In this document: positions 49,752-63,100 of the stretch, one piece after another
How the letters are laid out: every line of letters starts with the position of its first letter
Position numbering within the stretch: position 1 is the first letter of the stretch
Assembly (NCBI GenBank): GCA_038087875.1
Contig: JAXLNO010000655.1
Location: 124,001-188,000, forward strand
Source of the DNA: Malacoraja senta
Taxonomy: Eukaryota
Direction of reading: 5' to 3'
DNA: 64,000 nt
Notes under the pieces: model-generated
Told to the model about the DNA's origin: nothing
Database searches by the model: none
Seen by the model: the letters and a program-made list of their open reading frames with translations, nothing else
Translations under genes and position numbers: made by a program

Positions 49752-52700
49752 ATTTTACTTCGGAGTCACGTGAGTGACTACGTGAAGAAGACCCGTCAGG
49801 GCGCATGCGCGTCATTACGTCATTGGCGCCCGGCAGCAGGAAGAGGAGCTCCTCCTGCAGGTGAGTAGTTTAGAGCTCCACCAAAGTCGGGGAGACTTTG
49901 GAGGAGTTAGTAAAAAGTAGGAAAATTGTTGCTGTGTTTTGTCCCCACAATACAGGAACAAGGGAAAAATCAACAAGGTGCAGGCGTGCTACGGACAAGG
50001 GGTGAGAGAGCTGCGGGAGCGCAGTCTCTGAAAGGCAGCCTGTCACCTCTGGGGAGTCGCAAGCCGGTAGCGGTGCGATGACAGACTTGGCACTCCCAAG
50101 TGCCCAGCCAGGTACACAGCCAATGCCAGTCGGGCGGTAGGCATAAGCCAAGTCTGTCAGGCCCATTGACTCCGCAGAGTCGGGCCAGGAGAGTCCCGTC
50201 CGGGACAGGATACCGTGCCCCAGCGGTTATCCAAAAGGAGCAGCTCATACAGGGGCTGCTCCACAAAGCCACACTCCAGGAGGAGTTGTGTGGGCGGGAG
50301 GCTGTGGGGAAGGCTCCGCCAGCAGTGCCTAGTAGAGGCTTGCTTCACAAAGCCACACTCAAGGAGGAGTTGTGTGGGCGGGAGGCCATGGGGAAGGCTC
50401 CGCCGGCAGTGCCTAGTAGAGGCCTGCTTGAAAGCACCCTCTTTTCAAGAGGTGAGTGCAGAAGGGCAGATAAGCTCTGACCCTGAGTCTGATGACGACT
50501 TCCAAAGGGAGGGCAGGCAGCTGCCAGAGCTGACACCGTGTGCAGCACGGTTTGCCATGTCGTCGGACACTGGTGAGCCTCTGGGTGTGGAACTTGCCAC
50601 CAGCATAAATTACCAAGTCTCACATCAGCTACAGGAGCTGACAATGGATGAGACAGTAAGGAAGAATGAAGCCCCAATCAACTGTGGCCTGTTACAAGTT
50701 CCTGTTGGGAACAGGAAGATTTGGGGCAAGATGGGCATACAAATGAGAGCCTAGGAGGAGGTGAAGCTCCAGCATATTTTAAAGTTGCTGGCATCTGGCA
50801 TAATGAGCTTTGCCAGGATGGTGGATGGAGAGGCCATGACAAAATTACAACAAAAGGTGCTGGCGCTATTGTGGAGTGCCCACTTTGAGATCAATTGCCT
50901 CCGCAAAACTGCGATTAGACCAACCATCAATCCTAAATATGCTTCACTCTGCCAGCCTGGCACAGTGCAACTGGCAAATCTACTGTTTGGCGAGGATTTC
51001 GCAAAGCAGGGGAAGGAGCTGGAGGAGGAGGCCAAGACGGTGGGCTTGATTAAGCAGCCAGCAGCCACATATCCACCAAAGCGGAAGTATCCCTATAAGC
51101 GAGGAGACTGGTCCGGGCAAGGGACGAGTCGAGCTACGATGCAGCGCAGTTGGCGTTCGGCTGTAGCAGCGCCAGGGAAGGTGAGATAGCCAGCTCGAGG
51201 CCGGGGAAGTATGCCAGGTGGTAAGGAGGTAAGTGGGTCTGGTTCTCAAGTAGACAGATCTAATGTGATACAATTAAATGTTTACCTCAGATATGTTTAT
51301 ACTGAAGGTTATTGAAGGGTTTCAAATAAAGCTTAATGCAAATTCTGATTTACCCATGCAACATGTTCCAAAAAGGAGTTTGACTTCAGTATCACTGAAC
51401 AATTGGAAGTTCAGGTGGAACTTGCAAGCTTATGTAATAAAGGTGTAATTGCTAAGGCAGTTTACCAAAGCCACCAGTTTGTGTCCAATATCTTTCCCAG
51501 ACCAAAAAAGGATGGGGGATGCAGAATTATACTGGACCTGAATAGTCTTAACCCTTTTGTACAGTATAGACATTTTAAGATGGAAACGTTTGTGAAGGAG
51601 ATCTTAAAGATGCGGATTCAGTGTCTGTTCATTTGCAGGATAGAAGATTTAAAATTCAGCTGGATGGGGCAATTATGGCAATACAATGCACTGCCTAATG
51701 GTTTGTCTTCAGCTCCTAGAGTGATTACAAAGTTGTTAAAACCTATGCTAGGCATGATGAGAAGTCAAGGGCATGTGCTCATGGCTTAACTAGATAATAT
51801 CTTGATTGTAGGACAGTCAAAGGAAACAGCTGAAGCATCAGTGGCAGTTGTTAAAAACCACTTTAAAAAAATTGGGCTTCATAAGCTATCCAGAGAAATC
51901 TAAATTAATACCTGTGACACAAATTGACTATTTGGGTTTCACAATAGACTCAATCAACATGATTGTGACCTTGCCGAGGCGTAGAGCTAATTGAGAGCTG
52001 TATCAAGTTAATTGCTGACACACAGCCTTCAATTAGTCAGGTGACGAGTCTGCTGGGGAAATTGGTGGCAGCATTTCCAGCAGTTCAATAGTGGCCACTT
52101 TATTATCTACAATTACAAAGGTCAAACGAACAAGCACTGAGGATACATTAGGGTCATTATAATAGGCCTATGCTTCTATTAATAGAGGCTGTTGCTGATG
52201 TACAATGGTGGATTCAGCATGTGTCCACTAGTAGTTCCAAAGTGTTATTGGACCAAGCTTCCATGATTTTGCAGACAGATGTCAGAGCACTTGGGTGGGG
52301 TGCTACTGATACAAGATACAGCTGTGGAGACAGATGGACATTGCTTCTGCAAACATGGGGAGTTAACCAGGGGTATTTTATGGACTCAAGGCTTATGGCA
52401 TTAACAAAACTAGTTTGCATGTGCAGTGCCAAATAGACAACACTACAGCAGTTGCTTATATGAATCACATGGGTGGAATCAAATCGTTATCATGTGACAG
52501 GTTGGCAAATAAAATTGGACATGGAGTATGGATAGAGATATTTGCATTGGAGCTATCTATCTGCCAGGGAAACTTAATGTAGTAGCAGATGCCAGGTCAC
52601 GAAAATTCCAGTGATAATACACAGTGGATGTTGAACCAGGATGTGTTCAAGAACATAATACTTCTATATGGAATGCCAAAATATGTTTCATGGAAACCAG

Positions 52701-54533
52701 ATCCAGGGGCAGTCGCAATTGATGTTTTTCACTAAATTGGGATGATATGTTTGTGTACATTTTCCCACCATTCTGCCTCATAGGTCGGTGTTTGGGGGAA
52801 AAACAAAAAAATCAAGCAGGATGCCACTTCAGGAGTTTTGGTGATACCAAATTGCCCGATTCAACCATGGTTCCCTTCGATGTTACAGATAGCGATCCAA
52901 CCTCCTTTGCTGATTCCAAACAGTAGGAATTTGCTGGAGCATCCAGTAACGCGTTAAGTTCATCCGTTATGTGATCGTATTGATCTGTTAATTTGCAGGT
53001 TTTAAGAATGCCTTACATTGGTCGAGGACTTTTTAGGCCAACGGTGGATATGCTCACTGCAGCCTGGAGAAAGAGTATGCAAAAGCAGTATATGACATGT
53101 AAAAAAATGGGAACAATATTGTGTTCAAAAGAATATTCAATATGATACTGTAGTTATTGGAAATGTGTTAGAGTTTATCTACACTTTATTATGATGAGGG
53201 TCTTAGCTATATTGCTATCAATACAGCTAGAAGTGCGTTGTCGGCATATCTTGTAATAGGTACACGGACACAAAGTATAGGTTCTCACCCTCTCATATCT
53301 AGGTTGATGAAAGGAATCTTTAATTCCAAACCGCCTAAGCCTAGGTATATGGTAATCTGCGATGTAAGCGTTGTTCTTAACATGCTTCGTCATTGGGTCC
53401 CTGTCACGTCTATAACTTTGTTAAAATTAACCATGAAATTGGCTATGCTAATGGCATTGGTGTCAGCACAGAAAGTGCAGACTTTGCAAAAACGTCAGTT
53501 AGATAGAATGGAAGTGACTACAGAGAATGTTATGTTTTATATTTATGACCTGCTCAAACAAAGCAGGCCAGGTGTGACAGGATTTAAGATTGTGTTCTCA
53601 GCATATCCTACAGATCCATGTTGATGTGTAAGGACACATTTGTTACATTACATTGAAGCCACAAGGGCTTTAAGACAAGAAGAAACAGGATTATTTGTCA
53701 GTTACAAGAAGCCAACATAAAAGAGTGGCAGTTCAGACTATCTCAAGGTGGTTAAAGTAAGAGTTGGTTCAGGCAGGAATTAACATTTATGTGTTTACAT
53801 CTCATTCCACTAGCGCAGTAGCAACATCCGCGGCCAGGGCGATGGACGTTCCCATCGACCATATATTAAAAGCCACAGGTTGGAAAAATGAACTTGTGTT
53901 TTCAGCAATACTACCATCGGCCGATTGCCGATGGAGGGCTGTTTGCCAACTCAATATTGAGTGCTGTTGCTATTGTTTAAATTCTGTTTTCAATACTGTT
54001 TAATTCTGTTTCGTTTGTTGCCCCTAAATCAAGAGGGTTTATTGTTTGTTTTATGACCAAAAATAAAACTGTTTTTTTTTTGCATGATATTCAATGTCAT
54101 GTTTACAGCATTATTGATGATACTCAGAGTCAATCGATGCAGTGAGAAGCCGGGATTTTGATCTGCGGCATAAAAATCACAGAGCTTTGAAATCTTCACG
54201 TAGTCACTCACGTGACTCCGAAGTAAAATAGTAAGATTAAACGAGAACTTACCAGTTTGAAGTTTGATCTTTATTTTATGAGGAGTTACGTTGGTGATTA
54301 CGTGCCCGCCACGCCCAACCCTCTCTCATAGAAAAAAGGTCATAATGGTAGTTCTCATGTTGATCATCTTAATATGTTCCTTCAATTATTGTGTTGTCTG
54401 TGATTTCATACCGCTGCTTTGAAGATTGACGCGCATGCGACCTGACGGGTCTTCTTCACGTAATCACCAACGTAACTCCTCATAAAATAAAGATCAAACT
54501 TCAAACTGGTAAGTTCTCGTTTAATCTTACTAT
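49752..54533 (+). mobile_element. DIRS1-type retrotransposon, copy 3, inserted in a CR1 3' fragment
   Basis: ITR/ICR architecture (ICR 54194-54304). Gag remnant, RT FVSNIFPRPKKDGGCRIILDLNSLN...HFKMET...ALPNGLSSAPR, RNase H, MT YIFPPF and YR (53238-54003). The flanks rejoin into a CR1 tail. Confidence 0.93.
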
Positions 54534-55166
54534 GCATTGTCACAGACTGCTGTGGAGGCCAAGTCATTGGATCTTTTTAAAGCTGGGATTGACTGATTCT
54601 TGATTAGTATGGGTGTCAAAGGTTGTGGGGCGAAGGCAGAAGAATGGGGTTGAGAGGGAAAGAAAGTTCTGCCATGATTGAATGGTAGAGTGGGCTCGAT
54701 TGGCCGAATGGCCTAATTCTGCTCCTATGACACGAACTTCATCGGTGTCAAAGTGGAGGTGGTCAGTAGCTTCAAGTTCCTGGACATAAATCTCACCAAC
54801 AATTTGTCCTGGCCCAACCACATTGAAGCCACAGCCAAGAAAGCTCTACTTTCTCAAAAAATGAATGGTCCTCCCATAAGCTAGGGAGTAGTCTCGATCT
54901 TCCATCGCATCTCATTGCAGCACTTGCACATTTGTTTTCTCTGTGCTTTCTCTGTAGCTGGAACACTACAATGCTGTGACACTATATTCTGCACTCTGGT
55001 ATTTTTCTGTTTGTACGTGTGTATAGAAACATAGAAAATAGGTGCAGCAGTAGGTCATTCGGCACCGCCATTCACTTTGATCATGGCTGATCATCCACAA
55101 TCAGTACCCCATTCCTGCCTTCTCGCCATATCCCTTGACTCTGCTATCTTTAAGAGATCTATCTAG

Positions 55167-55882
55167 TGGGCCTGTCCCACTTAGGCGATTTTTCAGGCGA
55201 CTGCCGGCGACTGAAAAACCAGCAACTGGAACGGCGACTTTCAGAGTGGAACACACACACCCATCGCTTCCTTCACCAGCCTGTTATGCAGGTGGGGGAC
55301 AGAGCAAGCGGGGGGAGCGCTGTCTGAGTGAAATTCACACGGTGCAAAGCCAAGGTGATACCGCGATGAACAGGAAGGTTGGTGCTGTAATTAAGATGGC
55401 TAAAGCACAATGTACGGTAAGTCCTTTAAAAGAGGGGGGAGAAGTAGTGGAGACAACTTTTAAGAAGCCAGAGATCCACGGCTGTGAAGCTCGGCGGATA
55501 TTTAACGTTACCGGTTCTGAAAACTACTGCTTACATTTTTTTCCCCAAATGAGCCAATGAAATTCACCAGTTAGCACCGGCTCCAACCTACGAGAACCTC
55601 CGAGAACCTTCGACCTCCTGGCAACCCACTAGGACCTCCTGGCAACCCACCTACCAGCATGAGAATTCTCGCTACTCTCCATGGCGGCTTCATTCTAGTC
55701 GCCGCTAATTTTTTAACATGTTGAAAAATTCGCGGCAACCATAATGAGGCCGCGACCAGTTCCCAGAATGCGGGTACTCCTCACGACCATGAAGGCGACT
55801 CCTCGGCAACCACCCGCGAACATGTGGCGACTGCATAGTCTCCTGCAGTTGCCTAAAAAGTCACCTAAGTGGGACAGGCCCA
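55167..55882. mobile_element. PIF/Harbinger-like MITE (~715 bp), same subfamily as 11527-12318
   Basis: Same TIR and colinear internal sequence as 11527-12318. Splits a CR1 3' fragment. Confidence 0.85.
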
Positions 55883-56288
55883 ACTCTCTCTTGAAAGCAT
55901 CCAGAGAATTGGCCTCCACTGCCTTCTGAGGCAGATAATTCCACAGATTCACAACACTGTGCGTAGAAAAGTTTTTCCCCATCTCCATTCTAAATGGCTT
56001 CCCCCTTATTCTCAAATTGTGGCCCCTGGTTCTGGACTCCCCCAACAGCGGGAACATGTTTCCTGCTTCTAGCGTGTCCAAACCCTTAATAATCTTATAT
56101 GTTTCAATAAGATATCCTCTCATCCTTCTAAATTCCAGATTCCGGGCTCGACAGATTACTCCTGTGTAATCTGTTGCAGCATTAGTCAGGCTGAAGCCCT
56201 CAAGCCAACTTTCCGGCCTCCTACCACTGATTAGAGAAACCGATGGCTGGAGTAAGCGCCTTGCTTGGCGTTGGAGCTTCTCACTTAC

Positions 56289-56832
56289 CGAGGTGACGTG
56301 TAGAATGTCCCTCCACAGCATCGTCTCCCGGGGAAAGTCGGCCAGGTCGAGGAAATTGTCAACGGCCACTTGGCCGATCACGTCGTGGCGTGAAAACCTG
56401 TCAAAGTCGTACACGCTGAAGTGAAGCTTGCGGTTGGCCAGCTCGTTGTAAGGGACGGGGAAGAGGAAGGCTTCGTTGAAGACGGGGTTGAGGGTTTTGC
56501 GATGGACCTTAGTCTGGTGTTTCATTTTGCGATCGGGCAACAAGTATATCTTCACGTAAGGGTCAGAGGTGCCGGAGAAGTCCTTGGCCGGCAGGTTGAC
56601 AGCTTTGTGGACTTTGACTATCAGCTGTTCCAAGTCGCAATCGTACTTCAACACCAAGTTAAGTTTGCCACAGGTCTGGCTGCTCCTTCGACCATCATCT
56701 GTGTCCACCGACCTCTGCTTGTACAACTCGGGCTTAATCCGCCCAATGTCCATTGGCTTCTCCTGCCTTTGGAACTGTTGTATGTCAAAGTCCGGGTTGG
56801 AAATGTTCAGCTGCCTCCGTATAGAGTTATGC
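56289..56832 (-). CDS. syt9: Synaptotagmin-9, exon encoding the C2A domain
   Basis: HNSIRRQLN...GRIKPELYKQRS...KYDCDLEQLIVK...AKDFSGTSDPYVKIYLLPDRK...YDFDRFSRHD...HVTS. Acceptor tttcag|G, donor TCG|gtaagt. Phase continues from the previous exon (AG+G = Arg). Confidence 0.97.
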
Positions 56833-59289
56833 CTGAAACCATAGAACAGTATCTGTCAATTGGAATTGTGGAACAAGTATGGCCTTTCAAGGACTGGGCC
56901 AAAGTTGGTTATCATGTTTTTAAAATCATTTTAACAAGTAGTTCTGCTCTAGTACGTTCCTAAGAAACCTTAGAAATAGACAATAGACAATAGGTACCCC
57001 GTTCCTGCCTTCTCCCCATATCCCTTGACTCCGCTATCTTTAAGAGCCCTATCTAACTCTCTCTTGAAAGCATCCAGAGAATTGACCTCCACTGCCTTCT
57101 AAGGCAGAGAATTCCACAGATTCACAACTGTGAAAGAAGGATTGGGTTACAAAAACAATAGGTTTAGTTTAGTTTAGTTTAGAGATACAGCTCTTCGGCC
57201 CACCAGCGATCCCCGCACACTAGCACTATCCCACACACACAGGGGACAAATTATAATTTTTACTGAAGCTTATTAACCTACAACCATGTACATCTTTGGA
57301 GTGTGGAAGAAAACCGGAGCACCAGGGGAAAACCCACACAGTCCCAGGGCGAATGTACAAATTCCGTACAGACACCACCCATAGTCAGGATCGATCCCGG
57401 GCCTCTGGCGCTGTAAGGCAGCAAATCTACTGCTGCGCCACCATGCTTGCCATTTCAATGGGAAACAGGGAACAGTACAGCACAGGAAAAGGCACTTCAA
57501 CCCATAATGTCCTTGTTGAAAATGATTCCAAGATAAACTAACCTTCTCTGCCTGCACATGTTCCATATCTCTCCATTTCCTGCATCACTATGAGCCTATC
57601 CAAAAGTCTCTTAAATGCCACTATTGTATCTGCTTTTATCACCATCACTGGCACAATGTTCCAGGCACCCATCGCTCTGTGTAAAAAAACTTACCTCTCA
57701 CATTTCCTTTAAACTTTGCACCTCTCACCTTAAAGCTATGCCCTCTAGTCTTTGACATTTTCACTCGAGGAATAAGGTTCTGACTCTCAACCCTATCCAT
57801 GACTTTCATAATTTTACATACTTCTATCAGGTTCCCTTCCATCCTCTGACGCTCCAGAGAAAATAACCCAATTATGCCTAATATCCAAATGCTGCCTAAC
57901 CAGTCCTATAAAGCTTCAATATGATATCCTGATAAACTCGATACCCATGAAAGGAAGCATACCATGTGCCTTCTTTACCAATCTATCCACATGTGTTGCC
58001 TCTTTCAAGGAGTTTTGGACTTGGATCCCTCTGAACATCATTGCAGGTAAGGGTCTTGCTGCAAATTGTACACTTTCCTCTTTCATTTGAACTCTGGAAG
58101 TGCAATACCTCACACTTGCTCAAACTAAATTCCTTGTACCTTTTTCGCCCATTTCTGCAGCTGGTTTACATCCCACTGTATGCTTTGAAAACTTTTGGGA
58201 AAGGTGGGTTAGAGATTAAATATCACAGCTATTTTTCCTGCATGATTTTCAAAATATAAAGGATTTTGTTAACACTTATACACTTATTACTGCAAGTTAA
58301 GAATACTAACGGTTGCATGTTACATTGTTTAAGAGAATCATTGCACAAGTGTCAGTAGAAGCAATCGATTGTCAATTTCAATGATCTCCCGCTGTGAACC
58401 TGACAGACTGTGTTTGTAAGAGTCAATAGTGTCTGATTACTGCAGGGAATCATAGAGTCATACTGCAGGGAAACAGACCCTTTGGCCCAATTCATCCATG
58501 TCGACCAAGATGTCCTGTCTAAATAATCCTATTTGGTGCAATTTGCCCATATCCCTCTCATTTTTTTTCTTCCATGTACTTTTTCATGATTACATGGAAA
58601 CAGTTTTTCTTTCAATACTGAATTTTTTTCCCCTAAACTTGGTTTTTTTTCCCCGCTTGTCAATTTCCAAATTTACTTTTAAGTCATTCTCTAGTTCCTG
58701 ATCAAAATTGCATTGCAAATAGCATTCCCTGATTCATCAATCACATTACATCCAATTAGAGTCATGGAAGTATGGGTTATAGCAGAACTACCTGTACTTC
58801 TCACTTAATTTCATAGTCAAAGAGACATACAGCAAGGAAACGGGCCCTTCGGCCCAACTTGCCCAGACCGACCAACATGTCCCATCTACACTAATCCCAC
58901 CTGCCTGTGTTTGGACCTTATCTTTCTAAACCTGCCCGATCCATGCACCTGCCTAAATGTTTCTTAAAAGTTGCAATAGTAAACTTCAATAGTGAATTTC
59001 AATTTGGATAGAATCAATGGCTGCAGGATTGTGATTAGGGGGAGAGATTGTCTAGGTTGAGGGGAGGTAGCAGTGTTATAGATTTGCAGCCTCACAGATC
59101 AGAGACCTGGGTTTGATCCTAACCTCCGGTGCACTTTGCTTGCATGTTTCCTCGTGGCCACTATCTTTAATCGGACTTTACTGGTTTTACCTTGCACTAA
59201 ACGTTATTCCCTTTATCATGTATCTGTACTCTATGGATGGCTCGATTGTTGTACAGTCTTTCTGCTGTCTGTCTGTCGACTATTTATTT

Positions 59290-59585
59290 TTTAAATTTAG
59301 AGATACAGGACGGAAACAGGCCCTTCGGCCCACAGAGTCCGATCCCTACACACCTACACTATCCCATACACACTAGGGAAATTTTTACATTTATACCAAG
59401 CCAATTAACCTACAAACCTGTACGTCTTTGGAGTGTGGGAGGAAACCGAAGATCTCAGAGAAAACCCACGCAGGTCACGGGGAGAAGGTACAAACTCCGT
59501 ACAGACAAGCAGCCCTAGTCAGGATCGAACCCTGGTCTCTGGCGCTGTAAGGCAGTAGATCTACCACTGCACCACCGTGCCGCCT
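59290..59585 (-). mobile_element. tRNA-derived SINE (HE1/V-SINE type)
   Basis: Reverse complement of the same consensus. Further copies near 2510, 18600, 20765, 21960, 28565, 47070, 57165, 60360, 60880 and 63115-63585. Confidence 0.8.
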
Positions 59586-59793
59586 CCGGTAATTGGACTT
59601 CACTGGACTTTATCTTGCACTAAATGTTATTCCCTTTGTCGTGTATCTATACACTGTGGACGGCTCGATTGTAATCAAGTATAGTCTTTCTGCTGTCAGT
59701 CTGCTTGTAACAAAGCTTTAACAGTTCGCATGAAACAAGGCTGATCACTGTACCTCTGTGCACATGGCAATAAACTAATCCTTTATCACTGAC

Positions 59794-60130
59794 CTTGTGG
59801 AGGAAGTGGGTTCTGTGACCTGCCGCTGCATCCGCACATTGTGGGCGCAGTTCTCCTTGTTCTGCGCGTCCACGGGGATGTCGGGGGAGGTGTGGCTGAT
59901 CTTCATGGCTGACTCTGGGTAGGAGGCGGGTTCCGTGGTGAAGTCCTCGCTGTAGCCGTGCCCATCGGTCCCGTTATCCGTGTAGTGCTGTTGCTCCTGC
60001 TGGCTCTCCTTGTGGTTGGACGACTCGCGCCACGGCAGCCAGCACAGCTTCCAGGAGACAAAGAGCGAGACGCCGAAGAGCGCCAGGCCACAGGCGGTCA
60101 CCACCAGTGACAGGAGACTAACGGAGATGT
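59794..60130 (-). CDS. syt9: Synaptotagmin-9, internal exon (transmembrane helix and linker; probably exon 2)
   Basis: Translates DISVSLLSLVVTACGLALFGVSLFVSWKLCWLPWRE...MKISHTSPDIP...QRQVTEPTSSTR, as in vertebrate SYT9. Acceptor ttcccag|AC and donor AAG|gtcagt on the minus strand. Confidence 0.95.
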
Positions 60131-63100
60131 CTGGGAAAAAATGAGGAAGAACCCCTCCCTTAGAACCAGCACTCAATGCATATCATGCCCCATTACAACA
60201 GAAGAGGAGGACATTCGGCCCTTCTCAGAGTCACACTGCTGCCCAGCATGGAAACAGGCCCTTCAGCCCATCTTGTCCATGCTCCCCAAGCTGGCAACCT
60301 GGGTTAGTTGATATAGGTTGCCTTTATTTGGCTCATTGCCCTCAGCACACACTTATGAGTGACACGGTGGTGCAGCGGCAGAGTTGCTGCCTTTCAGCGG
60401 CAGAAACCCCATTTAAATCCTGACTCTGGGTGCTGTCTGTGTGGAGTTTGTACGTTCACCCTGTGACCCGCGTGGGTTTTCTCCGGGTGCTCCGGTTTCC
60501 TCCCTCATTTCATGGACGTGTGGGTTTGTAGGTTAATTGACTTCTGTAAATTGTCCCTAATATGTAGGATAGAATTATTGAGAGCTGGTTGTTCAGATGA
60601 TTGATGGTGGATTTGTCACATGAGGAGGTTAAACAGACTGGGACTAATACCTTGAGCTTGACAAAATGAGAAATAAACGCATTGAAATGTTTAAAATTCT
60701 AATTTGGGCAGCACAGTCTTTTCCCCAGGTTAGGGGGAATCTAAAACTAGGGAGCGCAGATTTAAGGTGGGAGGAGAAATAAATAAAAGGGACTTGAGGG
60801 GCAAGTTTCTCACACAGAAGCTGATGGGTAAATGGGACAAGTAACCAGAGGAAGTAATTGAGGCACGTATGATAATAAGAACGGGCGGTCATGGTGGTGC
60901 AGCGCTAGAGTTGCTGCCTTACAGCACTTGCAGCATCAGGGACCTGGGTTCAATCCCGACCACAGGTGCTGTCTGTACGGAGTTTGTACCTTCTCCCCGT
61001 GACTGCGTAGGTTTTCTCCGGGATCTTCGGTTTCCTCCCACACTCCAAAGACGTACAGATATGTGGGTTAATTGGCTTGGTGTATGTGTAAATTGTCCCT
61101 AGTGTGTGTAGGACAGTGTTGATGTGTGGAGATCGGTGGTCGGTGCGGACTCGGTGGTCCGAAGGACCTGTTTCCGTGCTTTGTCTTTTGTCAAATGTCT
61201 TTTGGACAGGCACATGGACAGGAGAGGTTTGGACAGGTACAACCCAGATATGGTCGTCTGCGGGGAAGGTTACGGAAGGCAGGGAACACGGTCTGAAGAG
61301 GGCCAGACAAGGAGAGGGACATCGGTTCGCAGGATGACCGGGGCGGAGGTGATGGTTGCAGCGGGCCTTTGTGGCCATTTGCAGCTGGGACTGTAAAATG
61401 GGGCCAAAATGGCACCAAAATGGCGCCTCTTGCATATGGACTCAGTGGGCTGTCCTGTACATTCTGAATATAACGAGTTATACAGACAGTGAAACTCATC
61501 AACATGGCAGTGAAACTTGTACGACGGCTAGGGTGGGGGAGGGACGGAGAGAGAGAGGGGAAGCGAGGGTTACTTGAAGTTAGAGAAATCAATATCATGC
61601 CGCTGGGCTGTAAGCTGCCCTTGCGAAATATGAGGTGCTGTTCCTCCATTTTGTGTGTCGTCCCACACTGACAGTGGAGGAGGCCCAGAACAGAAAGGAA
61701 GGTGTGGGAATGGGATTCGTACATTCAACCGGGAGATTGTGCTTATGTACAGTTTGGGGATAGTCTTGTTGAGATACATGCAAATAAATGTATTTCATTC
61801 TACCTGGCACACATGACAATAAAGAAACCATTGAACCATTGAAGTGAGACTTGTTGGGTTAACCAACTGGGTTAGCATGGATGAGTTGGGCCAAAGGGCC
61901 TGTGGCCATGCTGTATAGCCCTTCAACTCTATGATTCTATGTGGCTGGTCCTGTTAAGTTTCTAATCACTGATGACCCCCAGGATACTGAAGGAAATAAA
62001 ACCAAATGAGAATGTGATTTCGAGTTTCAAATCTATTGTTTCCTTATGAACAATTTTTTTAAATACGACACTGCCAAGACTATAATCGATTGTTAAGGTC
62101 TAGAGTGATTTCTCGAGTTTCAGCAATAAATCATTTATGAAATACACATTATAATGAGACGTGGTCCATGATATGAATTTCACAAGTGGGCAGATTTGAT
62201 AACGTATAATAGAATTATGGCCGTGGTATAATTGCAGGTATGAAGCTTTAAATTGCATCTCATCTACCCTCTGCACTCATTTTCACCGTCCATTAAATAT
62301 TCTTGGCATAAGGTTGTTTGGAAAGGACTAGGATTTACAACACAAAACACAGGCAATTAGGCCCAACCAAATTAGGCCCAACCCGGTCCTGCTCAACCCC
62401 CGAAGAGCTGAGGAGCCACCGTCGTTGAGGGACACAGGGCCGCGTGGTAGAAGCGCTCGGAGGGCCGTGCGGGCGGTTGCCAAACGCCGACAGGCAGCCC
62501 GCTGCAAAACCAGGAGGGTGCCTGCCCGTAGTGGGTCCGAGCGCTTCTACCACGGAAGACCAGAAACCGGAAGGAGGAGCAAGTCGACGACAGTGGCCGA
62601 CGCTGGACAAAGGGCCCAGAGGAGAATCGGGGGGGGGAGGGGGGGGGGCGGGGGATGGTCAAACCTGCTGCGCCTTCAAGCTCGGCTGCGGGAGGCTCGC
62701 CCCCTGGGGCATGAAGGCTGAAGGCCTGGAGAGGATTGAAGGACGGCTCGCTGGCGATCCTAATGAGGTGATGGCCTCATAGGGCCTTTATGGCCAGTTG
62801 CAGCTGGCACTGTGTAAGATGCTGCCAAAATCTGACAGCTATTTCATATGGACTCGTTGGGCTGTTTCCATGCATGCGGTACTTAATTGGGGATTGTCTT
62901 CATGTACACCAATAATCTCACTGATCTATATGCAAAAAAAATGTATATCATTGTTCCTTTGTGCAAGTAGCAATAAAAGACCATTGGTCCATTGAACCGA
63001 CTGGTACATGCTACGACTTATGCTCCACCTTACCCGTTTGCCACTGGCTTACCTCAGTTAATTAGTGTAGTTCTCCTTTCCTGCCCTAGCCTGCTTCTCC

